From Parcubacteria group bacterium (lineage in GTDB: Bacteria > Patescibacteriota > Minisyncoccia > Phycocordibacterales > WO2-35-19), in the NCBI GenBank assembly GCA_012514175.1, contig JAAZAU010000008.1, forward strand, positions 977-64,976: a stretch of 64,000 bases of DNA, written 5' to 3'. Position 1 is the first letter of the stretch. Every line of letters begins with the position of its first letter. The notes beneath the pieces were generated by a model. It did not search any database. It saw only the letters and a program-made list of their open reading frames with translations, and had not been told where the DNA came from. Shown in pieces: positions 53,617 through 63,133 of the stretch. A program made the translations under genes and the position numbers.

Positions 53617-54192
53617 ATGAATGAGATAGTCCAAAAAGAAAATAAAGTCTTGAGACAAATTGCTCAAGAAGTATCTGTTGAAGATATAAGAAGTCGCAAA
53701 ATAGAAACTATCATTAGAAGAATGATTAAAGCTCTCAACAATCAAGATGATGGAGTAGCTATTGCCGCCCCACAGATCGGAGAAAATCTTCGCATTTTTG
53801 TGATATCTAAAAAAATTTTTGAAATAATAGAAGAAGAACAAAAAAGCAACGGGAAGAAATCAAAAAGAGAAAATTTAGACGAGTTTGAAAACTCAAACAA
53901 AAAAAAGGAATATAAAGATTTAATTTTTATAAATCCAGAGATAATTAAAATTTCAAAAAAGAAAATGAAGGTTGATGAAGGTTGCTTGTCAGTGCGTTGG
54001 CTTTACGGCAAAGTAGAAAGAGCGGAAAAAATCACCGTGCGAGCTTATGATGAAAATGGCAAACCCTTCACTATGGGTGCCTCCGGTCTTCTCGCCCAAG
54101 CTTTTCAGCACGAAATAGACCATTTAAATGGCATACTTTTTATAGACAAAGCAACCGATTTGAAAGAAATGATTCCAGAAGAAACCGAGTAA
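53617..54192 (+). CDS. def: Peptide deformylase
   Basis: Motifs GVAIAAPQIG, EGCLSV, HEIDHLNG. Carries a charged insertion (about 40 aa, K/E-rich). Confidence 0.9.
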   Translation: MNEIVQKENKVLRQIAQEVSVEDIRSRKIETIIRRMIKALNNQDDGVAIAAPQIGENLRIFVISKKIFEIIEEEQKSNGKKSKRENLDEFENSNKKKEYKDLIFINPEIIKISKKKMKVDEGCLSVRWLYGKVERAEKITVRAYDENGKPFTMGASGLLAQAFQHEIDHLNGILFIDKATDLKEMIPEETE

Positions 54193-54216
54193 TAATAAAT
54201 ATTTAGCTGAAATAAA

Positions 54217-55083
54217 ATGGAAAAAGAAAAAATAAAATTTGTTTTTTTTGGCAGTTCAGATTTTTCAGTCCACGCATTAAATGAATTAAAAATCCACAAC
54301 ATTCTACCTAATCTAATTATAACGACTCCAGACAAACCTAAAGGGCGAAAGTTGACGCTCACTCCAACCCCAGTAAAGATTTGGGCTAAAGAAAATAATG
54401 TTGAAGTTATGGAACCTGTTTCTCTTAAAAATTCTGATCTTGTTTCAAATCTCGTGTCTCGTAAATCTGATTTATTTTTAGTCGCCTCTTATGGCAAAAT
54501 AATTCCCCCTGAAATCTTTAAAATACCGGAACACAAAACCTTAAACCTCCATCCTTCACTGCTTCCAAAATATCGTGGCGCTTCCCCTGTTCAAAGTCAG
54601 ATTTTAAATAACGAAAAAAATATCGGTGTGTCTATTATGCAAATAGATGAAGGTATGGATACGGGACCAGTGGTGGTGCAAAAGAAAAGCAATTTTAATA
54701 ATTGGCCTCTTGGTAGAAAAGAGCTAGAAAAAGAGTTAGCAGTAGAAGGTGCCAGACTTTTGATTTATGTATTACCAGAATGGATTCAAGGGGTTATTGA
54801 ACCTATAATGCAAAATGAAAGAGAAGCCACTTACTGTAACAAAATAGAAAAGAAAGACGGAGAATTAGATATAGATTTAAACGATTTAGAAAAAAATGCG
54901 CTTGAAAATTTACTTAAAATTAAAGCTTTTGAAGAATGGCCGACCGCTTATTTCTTTTTAAAGAATAAGCGAATTATAATTACTGACGCCGAAATTCAAA
55001 ATAATAAATTAGAAATCTTGCGCGTAAAACCTGAGGGCAAATCTGAAATGCTTTTCGTGGATTTTCTGCGAGGAATCAAATAG
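54217..55083 (+). CDS. fmt: Methionyl-tRNA formyltransferase
   Basis: Formyltransferase N-terminal domain with NLHPSLLPKYRG and the SPVQ.QIL motif. C-terminal domain present. Confidence 0.9.
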   Translation: MEKEKIKFVFFGSSDFSVHALNELKIHNILPNLIITTPDKPKGRKLTLTPTPVKIWAKENNVEVMEPVSLKNSDLVSNLVSRKSDLFLVASYGKIIPPEIFKIPEHKTLNLHPSLLPKYRGASPVQSQILNNEKNIGVSIMQIDEGMDTGPVVVQKKSNFNNWPLGRKELEKELAVEGARLLIYVLPEWIQGVIEPIMQNEREATYCNKIEKKDGELDIDLNDLEKNALENLLKIKAFEEWPTAYFFLKNKRIIITDAEIQNNKLEILRVKPEGKSEMLFVDFLRGIK

Positions 55084-55091
55084 TCAACTGT

Positions 55092-55460
55092 CTATTTTTT
55101 TCTTTTAATACCTCGCAATATTTTTTTGATTTTAGCACCACCCTGTCTTAACTTACGAACATTTTTCTTTTTCACAGAAGAAAGCTCATAACTGATTTTG
55201 TCTTTTACAATGTCAATAGCGGCATAAAGATCATCAGTTTTAGCTTCTGCATAATAAGTTTCCCCGCCACAAACAACTTGAATTTCTGCTCTAAAAATAT
55301 TTCCAGACTTATGGCGTTCAGAAGTTTTTCCTACCTCAACATTTATTAAAACCTCTTCAGGTTTTGGAAAAAATTTTTTTAACATTTTTATTTTTTTGTC
55401 CAAATAGCCAGAAATTGAAGGGGTCAGAGATATGCCTGTAGCTTTTGTGTTGATCTTCAT
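55092..55460 (-). CDS. hpf: Ribosome hibernation promoting factor (HPF/RaiA, short form)
   Basis: 122 aa. Ribosomal_S30AE-type sequence including FRAEIQV...Y.AEA..DDLYAAID. Confidence 0.85.
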   Translation of the reverse strand: MKINTKATGISLTPSISGYLDKKIKMLKKFFPKPEEVLINVEVGKTSERHKSGNIFRAEIQVVCGGETYYAEAKTDDLYAAIDIVKDKISYELSSVKKKNVRKLRQGGAKIKKILRGIKRKK

Positions 55461-55500
55461 TTTTTATGTTATTAACATTAATAATTAAACTGATAAACTT

Positions 55501-56352
55501 TTAATTAAAAATATTGATAAGATAAGAATCTATCGTGCGCTGATCTAAATCATAAAAATATTCTCCATCTTCATAAAGTCTTTTGGCTAGACCCTTGCCT
55601 ACAAAACGCCAATGCCAAGGTTCAAATTGATAATAATTGTTACCTTCTGGGTAAGAAATAACAAAACCATATTTATAAGCGTTACTCAAAAGCCAATCAT
55701 ACGCTGAACTACTTTTAAAATTGTCAAAATTGGCTCCTAATTCAGGAGTAGTAAAATCAATTGTCGTTCCTAATTGATGTTCGGAGAATCCTTGATCAGC
55801 AGAAAATTGATTAGCACCGCTTCCATAAGTAACCAAATAAGCATTTTTTAAAGCCCCCTGTTCACCAAACGAACGAAATCCAGAAATTATTTTCAAATTA
55901 ATACCATTTCTTTTGGCAGACACCAACATTTCTTGAAGATAAGGAAAAGCTTTCGTGTGAAATTTGATTTTCTTACCTTCTTCATAAACATAATCAGGCG
56001 GAATATTTACTAAATCTTCAGGTATATAATTTTCATTCAAAAAATAGACTTTGGAATATTTTTGTAAAAGTTCTTTGTCGGTTTTAGATAATATGTCTAG
56101 TTTGCCAACTGTGCCGGCGATTTGTTTAATCTGACTTGCAAATTCACTATTTTTTTGTTGCTCTTTATAAAGAGCATCGGCTAAAAACATATTTTGATCT
56201 TCTAAATCTGAAATTTTTGCCTCCAAAGCAATAGCATTCTGAGCTACTTCTTTTTGAAATAAATAATAAAAATAACCCAAAACTACAAGCTCTGCGAGCA
56301 ACACCACAAGCAACACAAACGAGATTATTTTTTTATTAAAACGCCCTTCCAT
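55501..56352 (-). CDS. D-alanyl-D-alanine carboxypeptidase, VanY / peptidase M15B family
   Basis: N-terminal TM. SGFRS...Q, SEHQLGTTIDF, EPWHWRFVG motifs. Confidence 0.8.
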   Translation of the reverse strand: MEGRFNKKIISFVLLVVLLAELVVLGYFYYLFQKEVAQNAIALEAKISDLEDQNMFLADALYKEQQKNSEFASQIKQIAGTVGKLDILSKTDKELLQKYSKVYFLNENYIPEDLVNIPPDYVYEEGKKIKFHTKAFPYLQEMLVSAKRNGINLKIISGFRSFGEQGALKNAYLVTYGSGANQFSADQGFSEHQLGTTIDFTTPELGANFDNFKSSSAYDWLLSNAYKYGFVISYPEGNNYYQFEPWHWRFVGKGLAKRLYEDGEYFYDLDQRTIDSYLINIFN

Positions 56353-56382
56353 AGAGTAATTTTATCACAGAAATGGAAAAAG

Positions 56383-56409
56383 GGGGCAAGACCCGAAGGT
56401 CTGCCCCCA
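56383..56409 (-). terminator. Hairpin terminator closing the GC-rich operon
   Basis: gggggcaagacc-cgaa-ggtctgccccc. The T-run follows on the minus strand. Confidence 0.6.
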
Positions 56410-56634
56410 TAATGCACTAAGTGCGTCTCTTAATCGCTATTGATTTGATTAATTTTCCAAAACATCTTTAGGTTTTGTAAACGCTCATTGAGCGGTCAGT
56501 TAATCTAACTGACAAGGATATCATCCCTTTTCAACACTGATCCAGTGTTGCACAAAACAAAAATTGTTTGGGAAAATTTCACTATTTCCAAAAACGATTA
56601 AGAGAAAGAACAATCCAGTCCCCTGAATTAAAAA

Positions 56635-57303
56635 CTAAATGGGGACTTCAAAATAACAGTAGGAAGCGTTGGCGACAAAATCACCACCATCCCCTACCAT
56701 TTGAGCCTGAAAGACAGATTGAGATTCTGTCTCTGAGACTCCGATTATTCTCTCTGGAGTGGAGGAGAAATTCCCCTCCTCATCCTTCAAGAATTCGTGG
56801 ACGAAAAGGTTACCCTCTTCGTCCTCCGCCAGGATGGGCGCGAGTTTGTCAACCACCGCCACCCGAACCTCTCCGCCAAACTTCCAGTCAATATAACCGG
56901 CTCGTTTGGCGATATTTGTCGCTTGTGCCTCAGCCCACTGAGTCACAGCGACCATGTCAGTCACATCACCCTCAAACCGATACTTCTTAAAAGTTTGGGG
57001 TGAGGCAAGCAACTGTTTGGTGAAGGAACTTACGTAACCTCCACCAAGACCAATGGTTGCCACTGACAACCTCTCGGTCTTTGTAACCCCCGTTTCCGTT
57101 TTTGCAACAACGGGAGTCACCGGGCCGGTAGCGGTAACTTCTGTTGAGACTTCCATTCTGGTGGAAGCCTCCGCTGTCACCACCAAAAGCTGTTTTCTCA
57201 GCTGGTGGTTCTGGACGGCAACCGTCACAACCATTGCTACCATAACAATGTTGGCAACGGCGCGCGTCCAGATTTTCATCCGAGACAAAAAACTTGCTCT
57301 CAT
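56635..57303 (-). CDS. Hypothetical exported protein (GC-rich island)
   Basis: N-terminal hydrophobic anchor. No recognised domain. The fourth gene of a co-directional GC-rich cluster. Confidence 0.5.
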   Translation of the reverse strand: MRASFLSRMKIWTRAVANIVMVAMVVTVAVQNHQLRKQLLVVTAEASTRMEVSTEVTATGPVTPVVAKTETGVTKTERLSVATIGLGGGYVSSFTKQLLASPQTFKKYRFEGDVTDMVAVTQWAEAQATNIAKRAGYIDWKFGGEVRVAVVDKLAPILAEDEEGNLFVHEFLKDEEGNFSSTPERIIGVSETESQSVFQAQMVGDGGDFVANASYCYFEVPI

Positions 57304-58205
57304 CTCCCTCCTCCCTCAAAAAAAATTGTTTCTTTCCTATCTCTATCGGCCATTTTAAAAAAAATAGGCCGATAATAAGTGCTTCGCTTTTCACCAACGA
57401 AGCACCTTTTTAGATTCCTGACAATCTCTTTCGGACTGTTTCCGTGCACAGTCTTCCAAACAGTGCTCTTGGAAACGTCCATCAGAGGAATGGGAGAGAG
57501 CCAAACCCCATTGGTGTCTTTTCTGACCTCAACCAAATATCGGAGGTCCTTTTCCGCATCAGACACCTGGATAAATTGCTTTTCTCCCTTGGAAACAAAA
57601 GGGAAATTTAATATATCCTTCCTGTTTCCGTTTATTTTTTTTGGAGGGTCGTTGCGGACAATGAGCCTACTAAAAAAATAGACTCCCAGCCCGACAACCA
57701 AAACCCAGAGAAAGACCACTCCCCATTTGTTCCTCACGGACATCTGGGACATCTGGGGCATCTGAGGAGGCGCCTCTGCTTCTGCCTCTGCCACCAAAGT
57801 GCAAATCACTCTGATGGCTCTGTTATTTCCCGCATCACCAACTGTCCTGGTGGTGATGTTGTTCGGAGGAATAACAGCGAGCTTCTCGCTGATGAAGGCT
57901 TTAGCTTGCAATGCCCTCCTGTCTCCGAGGTCTTGGTTCAGATTTCGGCTTCCCGTGGTGTCGGTGTAGCCGATAACGGAAATCCGAATCTGCTCTTCTC
58001 CAACTTTTTTTTGGAGAAGTTTTTGGATCGGAGAGATAACCCTCCTTTCCAAATTTTTGGACACTTCGCCACCGTCCACGATAGCGAATTGCCCAACCTC
58101 AAATCCAACAACAACCTCATCAATTATGGTTTCGGTTTTTGGAGCCGAAACCAAACTCATTGACGAAAAAGAAAAAAATGCGAACAACCAGAAAAATTTT
58201 TTCAT
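57300..58205 (-). CDS. OmpA/MotB-like domain protein with internal TM segment
   Basis: Signal peptide MKKFFWLFAFFSF. OmpA-C-like segment ISVIGYTDTTGSRNLNQDLGDRRALQAKAF. Internal TM VVFLWVLVVGLGVYFF. ATG 58205. Confidence 0.6.
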   Translation of the reverse strand: MKKFFWLFAFFSFSSMSLVSAPKTETIIDEVVVGFEVGQFAIVDGGEVSKNLERRVISPIQKLLQKKVGEEQIRISVIGYTDTTGSRNLNQDLGDRRALQAKAFISEKLAVIPPNNITTRTVGDAGNNRAIRVICTLVAEAEAEAPPQMPQMSQMSVRNKWGVVFLWVLVVGLGVYFFSRLIVRNDPPKKINGNRKDILNFPFVSKGEKQFIQVSDAEKDLRYLVEVRKDTNGVWLSPIPLMDVSKSTVWKTVHGNSPKEIVRNLKRCFVGEKRSTYYRPIFFKMADRDRKETIFFEGGGR

Positions 58206-58308
58206 CTCTCCCCCCCCTTGCCCATCGGGCAAAAAAGTCTACCGCACTGATCCAGCACAGTAGATAAAAGAAGTTTCTGGAGGGCCCCACAGGAGCCCCC
58301 CAGGAGAA

Positions 58309-59607
58309 TTATTCACCAGCAGATGATTGCCCAACAACACGGACAATCACCCTCCGATCCTGAGGATTGTGTTCGGAGCGGGATTTGTCCTCGCTTAGCG
58401 AGACAAATTGCTTCATATTCTCTGCCCCGAACTCAACCAGCTGGTTATAAACCTTCTTGGCGCGACTTCGCGCCAAGACCGCATTATATTCCGGCGACCC
58501 CGCAGAGCAGGCGTGTCCCTCCACTTGTAGAAGGCACGCGCTTTTGCTGCGCTCTGCGAAGTTTTTGATCTCTGACAAGTATTCCGACTTTATGTCGGAC
58601 TTGTCGAAATCAAAAAAAACTTCAAGTGGAGGCAGATTGCATTCCTCCACTGACTCCCGAACCGCGACAGGTTCCGCCACCGCTTGGGCAACGGTGGGAG
58701 TCGGTAGGGGTTGAGGTTCTGGCTTGCTCATATTTGCTATGAGCGCCTTAGCCACCTCTTCCCAAGGGTTGACTTCCGGCTCCGCCGGTTGCGAAGGGGC
58801 CGAAACGATTTCCACTTCCTTTTCAGGAGGCGGTTTCGGTCCTTCAATTGGCCCGTCATTCATACAGTAAAAACTGTATTCGGGCCAATCTTCTGGGGAG
58901 GTTATTGATGTTCCTTTGCCATAACCCAAGGCAGAGCCAAGGGCTACGTCATTGGAACCGTTCACGCTAGCCCCTCCCAAACTCAAACCTTTGATGCTGG
59001 TTTGAGTTTTGGAAGCCATAATAACCTTCCCGAACATAGCAACCCGGTTGGCGCCGGTTTGCTTCTTGCACTCTTTGGCACCTTCAGCCTGGAATCGGCT
59101 TTCGGGCCAAAGAGGCAACCCTTTGACGGTGACCTCGCCCAGGATTTGGTCTTGGATGACCGCATCCTGGATAAAGGCCAGCTTGCCGGGGTTGTAGTCC
59201 ATAAATTCTACAAACCCCTTGTCCTTTACCTTTCCTTTCTGGTATCGGACAAAGAAGACTCTCTTTTCCCTGGCCAAATGTTTTACAGGGAAAAGAATGT
59301 CGGACAAGCCGACCCCGTCTCCCTTTGCCATTTGGTTGATCTGTTCAACAGACCAACGTTTTGCCAAAGGGACACTTTGGCTTTCCTTACTCATCCCAGA
59401 ACTCCCAGGTCCTGGAATGACGTAAGTGGAAGGTCCCGCCGGCATTGCCGGCGAAAACTGCCTTGGGATCCCACCGCCCCCACTACTACTACCGGGATTA
59501 TTGTAAATAATCGCGGTAGCTTCGCTAGTGGCACTTGCCAACGGATCTGCTTCTTGAGCAAATCCAAACGTTGGCAAAAGAAGCAAAACACTGAAAATCT
59601 TTTTCAT
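58309..59607 (-). CDS. OmpA-family protein (signal peptide, Gly/Pro-rich linker, C-terminal OmpA-like peptidoglycan-associating domain)
   Basis: Signal peptide plus AQEA. C-terminus: FFDFDKSDIKSEY...VEGHACSAGSPEYNAVLARSRAKKV...RRVIV. Confidence 0.7.
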   Translation of the reverse strand: MKKIFSVLLLLPTFGFAQEADPLASATSEATAIIYNNPGSSSGGGGIPRQFSPAMPAGPSTYVIPGPGSSGMSKESQSVPLAKRWSVEQINQMAKGDGVGLSDILFPVKHLAREKRVFFVRYQKGKVKDKGFVEFMDYNPGKLAFIQDAVIQDQILGEVTVKGLPLWPESRFQAEGAKECKKQTGANRVAMFGKVIMASKTQTSIKGLSLGGASVNGSNDVALGSALGYGKGTSITSPEDWPEYSFYCMNDGPIEGPKPPPEKEVEIVSAPSQPAEPEVNPWEEVAKALIANMSKPEPQPLPTPTVAQAVAEPVAVRESVEECNLPPLEVFFDFDKSDIKSEYLSEIKNFAERSKSACLLQVEGHACSAGSPEYNAVLARSRAKKVYNQLVEFGAENMKQFVSLSEDKSRSEHNPQDRRVIVRVVGQSSAGE

Positions 59608-59661
59608 TGGATCCTCCCTTTCTGGGAGCGACGGTTTTTACCGTCGCCCCCAAACATTAGG

Positions 59662-60504
59662 TTAATCGCAAACAGAGCCTCCGCAGGCCCCGCCGTTGAC
59701 GACGGAACTGGAGGCATTGTGGGCTCCAGCGGACATAAAGTCCGCGCCCAAATTAATGAAGGAATCCCCCACACTCTGCAGGGATCCCGAAAGGGGCCCC
59801 GCGTCACTGGCTTTGTAATTGGCAAAGCCATTGAAACCAGCGACGCCAGAAAAATTTTGGTCAGCTCCTCCCATCTGAATCCAGGAGCCAACCGCACCGA
59901 CTCCCTCCACAAAGGAGGTAGTTCCGCCGGCCGTGTTGGGGGTTACTATGGCAAAGGATGAATCCTTTGTCATAGCATTCGCCTTCTTGGAAACGGCGTC
60001 CCCCGAAAGCGATACGGCTGTATTGCCATTGGCACCAGCCTTGCCGCTATCACTCACAGAGCCGGTTCCGGAGATAAAGTTTCCATAACCGGCGAGGGTA
60101 TTCCCCCAGCCGCTAGAAAACTCATCCCCCCTGTTGATAGAAGCCTCGTTAAACTGATTAACGAGACCCTCCGCCCCAACCTCGGCCTTGGTTGTTCCCT
60201 TAGCCCACGATTGAAACTCGTTGTAGGCTTTGGAAAACGACGATGCCGAGTCGGCACCCTGATGGCTAGCCCCAGTGGACCAACCATTGTTCAGGGTGTC
60301 TCCAGAGGCATCACAAGGACCCTCGGAGTTGAAAAATGAGAACGACACCTCGCTGGCAATGCCGCCAGTAAATTCGTTCCCATGCTCCCAGGATGTCTCC
60401 TGGAAAGCGTTCCCGGACGCCTGCTGGGTAGGAGCGGCCTCCTGAGCCAGAGCCATCCCCCCAGCGAACACTCCTAAAAACAGGCAAAACAACAAATTTC
60501 TCAT
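59662..60504 (-). CDS. Secreted Gly/Ser/Ala/Asn-rich protein
   Basis: Signal peptide (ALA-QEA). Low-complexity G/S/N-rich sequence with recurring (N/S)GW motifs. C-terminal CGGSVCD. Strong SD aaggagg. Confidence 0.55.
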   Translation of the reverse strand: MRNLLFCLFLGVFAGGMALAQEAAPTQQASGNAFQETSWEHGNEFTGGIASEVSFSFFNSEGPCDASGDTLNNGWSTGASHQGADSASSFSKAYNEFQSWAKGTTKAEVGAEGLVNQFNEASINRGDEFSSGWGNTLAGYGNFISGTGSVSDSGKAGANGNTAVSLSGDAVSKKANAMTKDSSFAIVTPNTAGGTTSFVEGVGAVGSWIQMGGADQNFSGVAGFNGFANYKASDAGPLSGSLQSVGDSFINLGADFMSAGAHNASSSVVNGGACGGSVCD

Positions 60505-60649
60505 TTTTCTTTCCTCCTTTTTTCTTTTTTGTTGGTTTGTGCTAGTTTTAAAAAACCAAAACTAGCACCAAAAAGCGCGTAATGTCAAAGGACACTTACG
60601 CGCTAGTGATACCATATTTTGGATAAAATTGCAAGTCCTAACTCGTGTT

Positions 60650-60919
60650 TTAATCTTTTTTACTTACCCGCTTACTTTTCTTTGTTGGAGGAGGAGAAAA
60701 AAGCCTAAAGAGTAAATTATTTTCTAGCTTTTCTTTTAGGTCTTCTATGAACTCTTCAGAGCCGATTCTAACAGTATTTTTAATCACTCTGGTGATAGCT
60801 TGAAGATTTCTGCTAGCCTTGATCAAATTAATTAGAACTATAGAAAAAAGAATTGTCAATATGATAGTAGCTATTGACGCTATGAAAAAAAAGATTTCTG
60901 ATTTCATCAGTGGTTCCAT
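60650..60919 (-). CDS. Small membrane protein
   Basis: 89 aa, one N-terminal TM, charged C-terminus. Confidence 0.35.
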   Translation of the reverse strand: MEPLMKSEIFFFIASIATIILTILFSIVLINLIKASRNLQAITRVIKNTVRIGSEEFIEDLKEKLENNLLFRLFSPPPTKKSKRVSKKD

Positions 60920-61027
60920 ATTTATCTTACATTATATCTAGTCTATTTTCGTGGTCAAACCAAAAAGTTGATAAGCTCATATCTTAAAACTTCGGTTTTT
61001 TGTTTTTTCCGCTTTATTCCAAACCCA

Positions 61028-61474
61028 TCATTTCTCAACTAATCTTTTGAGTTCATCTATAACAGCTTTCTCCCAATATTTCATAGAGTACCAACTAATC
61101 AATGGTTTAGCGACAACACGAAGCCAAGGTTTACGAATAAAAACTTTATACGTGTAGTTTATTACAGTCTCCTCCTGATTTTCAGAAAGTAAAAATTCCT
61201 CATGACCAGAAATGCCGAGTTTAGAATTTTCGTTATCTGAAATAAAACCTCTCTCAGGAAGTATTTGGTATTTCATTTTTACTAAAAATTTTTGACCAAA
61301 CGACTTGACGATCGCTTCTATTTTCAAATTGTTTCCATCACGATTTATAACTCGTATAGATTCCGCGACTCTGGGAAAATATTCAGGCCATTTTTCAAAA
61401 TCCGTCATAATGGTAAAAACTTTTTTAAGGGGTGCTTTGATTAACCATGAGGCACGAAGAGTAATATTTTTCAT
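61028..61474 (-). CDS. SRPBCC (Bet v1/START-like, polyketide cyclase/RatA-like) family protein
   Basis: 148 aa with the SRPBCC pattern (W.ikAP...VF.....E.WPEYFP...). Confidence 0.55.
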   Translation of the reverse strand: MKNITLRASWLIKAPLKKVFTIMTDFEKWPEYFPRVAESIRVINRDGNNLKIEAIVKSFGQKFLVKMKYQILPERGFISDNENSKLGISGHEEFLLSENQEETVINYTYKVFIRKPWLRVVAKPLISWYSMKYWEKAVIDELKRLVEK

Positions 61475-61563
61475 ACAAAAATATTACCACAAAATTGATC
61501 AATTTTTCGTATAAACAAAAAAGAATTTAACACATTGCACAATGACTCCAATTTCTGCTATAA

Positions 61564-61637
61564 TGCAAAGTATTCCGCGGTGGCGCAGCGGTAGCGCAGT
61601 CGCCTGTTAAGCGATTGGTCGTAGGTTCGAATCCTAC
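61564..61637 (+). tRNA. tRNA-Asn (anticodon GUU)
   Basis: Acceptor UCCGCGG/CCGCGGA (U1:A72 as in E. coli tRNA-Asn). D-stem GCGC/GCGC. Anticodon stem GUCGC/GCGAU with loop CUGUUAA. T-arm GUAGG-UUCGAAU-CCUAC. Confidence 0.8.
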
Positions 61638-63130
61638 CCGCGGAGCAAAGTAGGATGGTTAGACGCTTTTGCGATGCAAGAAAACGGTTCTCGCATTGTA
61701 AATACTGGCTTTTTACCATCAACAACAGAGTTCTGAAGTAGAAACTTCATAAACTGATTTTTTTCAGCTACTTCCGAACTTTCAAATATCTCTTCAGCTT
61801 TTTGAGCTATATTCAGTACCGTTTTAGCAACGATATGGTAGTTTTCGTCTGCTTGTGTAAGCTCATCTTTTTGGATGCCTAAATCGTACTGCTGTTCCTT
61901 GTACTCTTTTAGTTTTGCGTCATATATGTCCTTAGTAATACTACCGTCAGCAAGCAAGTCAAAAGACCTGCTTATTCTGTTTTGGATTTCATCGTACTTC
62001 TGATTGATTTCTTTTATTTTCTTCGTGTGGTACAGAGCCTGATTTTCGTGGTTCTTTTTGAGATACGTTACAAGCTGAGCTATCTGCTCGTCATCCAGTT
62101 TTATTTGCCCCAAAAATCGCTTTATAGGCTTTAGAAGCACCTCTTCCTTCACATACTCTCGCTTGCAGTTTTTCTTCCCATTTGAACAACTGTAATAGAT
62201 ATATTTGCCTTTCTTCAGCTCTGCACTCATTGAGCATCCACATCTCGCACACTTCAGAAGTCCACTAAATATAAACTCCTTTCTTCCAGTGGTTTTTATT
62301 GGATTACTGTTCTTCTTTTCTAATTCATCCTGAACCTTAAGAAACAGCTTCTTAGTAATAAGTGGCTGGTATCTATGTTCGTAGTACTCATCATATTTCT
62401 TAGAATATGCCATTCCATAGTAGAAAGTGTTTTTGAGAATGTTGTGAATAACACTTTGATACAAAGGTTTGCCGTGTGCTGTTTTTATCTTTCTTTTAGA
62501 CATTTCATCAGCCAACTTCCGGCAAGAGTAATTACCTGTTGAGTATTTTTCAAAAAGCTCAACAACAATATGGCTCATCTCAGGATGCGGAATAATATCC
62601 TTTCTAAGGCGCTTATTCTCGTCCAGAGGCACATTTTTATAGCCAAATGGTATTCCGCCTATCCATTCGCCTTTCTTGCGTTTCTGCTCAAAAGCTCGTT
62701 TTACATTGTCGCTGATAGCATCGGAATAGTACTTTGCTAAACCTAAACTCATTCCAAATTGAAATTTCTCAACTGCGGACATTTTGGAGTTTATGATTTG
62801 TCCATCCGAGACAAAATGAAGCTCAATTTCATCAGCAACCGCTTTTTCATAAAGTAGTGATACTCTCTTATCAAAAACATTTCTTGAAAGCCTATCTACC
62901 TTGTCAAAACAAATCGCAACCTTCCCTTTACTTTCTTTCAGGTACTCTAAAACCCTGTCAAACTCATCTCGCTTAACTTTGTAGGCACTTTCATCAAAGC
63001 TGAAGGTTTCGTCTATTTTGAAATCCTTTCTCTTACAGTAGTCCTCAATACGCCTAATTTGAGCTGGTAGCGAGTTACCGGCATCCTTTTGCTCTTCTGT
63101 TGATACTCTGGCTAATATTACTGCTTTCAT
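61634..63130 (-). CDS. Large serine recombinase (resolvase-domain integrase)
   Basis: N-terminal resolvase domain with the catalytic Ser in ARVSTEEQ, plus DRLSR. Recombinase domain and Cys-rich zinc ribbon CARCGCS...YYSCSNGKKNC. Coiled-coil C-terminus. The 3' end abuts or overlaps the tRNA-Asn 3' end. Confidence 0.9.
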   Translation of the reverse strand: MKAVILARVSTEEQKDAGNSLPAQIRRIEDYCKRKDFKIDETFSFDESAYKVKRDEFDRVLEYLKESKGKVAICFDKVDRLSRNVFDKRVSLLYEKAVADEIELHFVSDGQIINSKMSAVEKFQFGMSLGLAKYYSDAISDNVKRAFEQKRKKGEWIGGIPFGYKNVPLDENKRLRKDIIPHPEMSHIVVELFEKYSTGNYSCRKLADEMSKRKIKTAHGKPLYQSVIHNILKNTFYYGMAYSKKYDEYYEHRYQPLITKKLFLKVQDELEKKNSNPIKTTGRKEFIFSGLLKCARCGCSMSAELKKGKYIYYSCSNGKKNCKREYVKEEVLLKPIKRFLGQIKLDDEQIAQLVTYLKKNHENQALYHTKKIKEINQKYDEIQNRISRSFDLLADGSITKDIYDAKLKEYKEQQYDLGIQKDELTQADENYHIVAKTVLNIAQKAEEIFESSEVAEKNQFMKFLLQNSVVDGKKPVFTMREPFSCIAKASNHPTLLRG

Positions 63131-63133
63131 ACG

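Noticed and set aside
59002-59961. 319-aa plus-strand ORF and several 60-100-aa ORFs (56568-56990, 56797-57003, 57053-57358, 57906-58263, 58323-58908) in the high-GC island
   Set aside because: High GC lowers stop-codon frequency. They overlap better-supported minus-strand genes that have signal peptides, SDs and domains, and their translations are Arg/Pro-rich nonsense.
61624-61636. Exact end coordinate of the serine recombinase relative to tRNA-Asn
   Set aside because: My hand count from the printed line labels gives a stop at 61624-61626, 10 nt from the ORF-track end (61634). I could not reconcile the two. I kept the track coordinates and describe the tRNA/integrase relationship as abutting or overlapping only.
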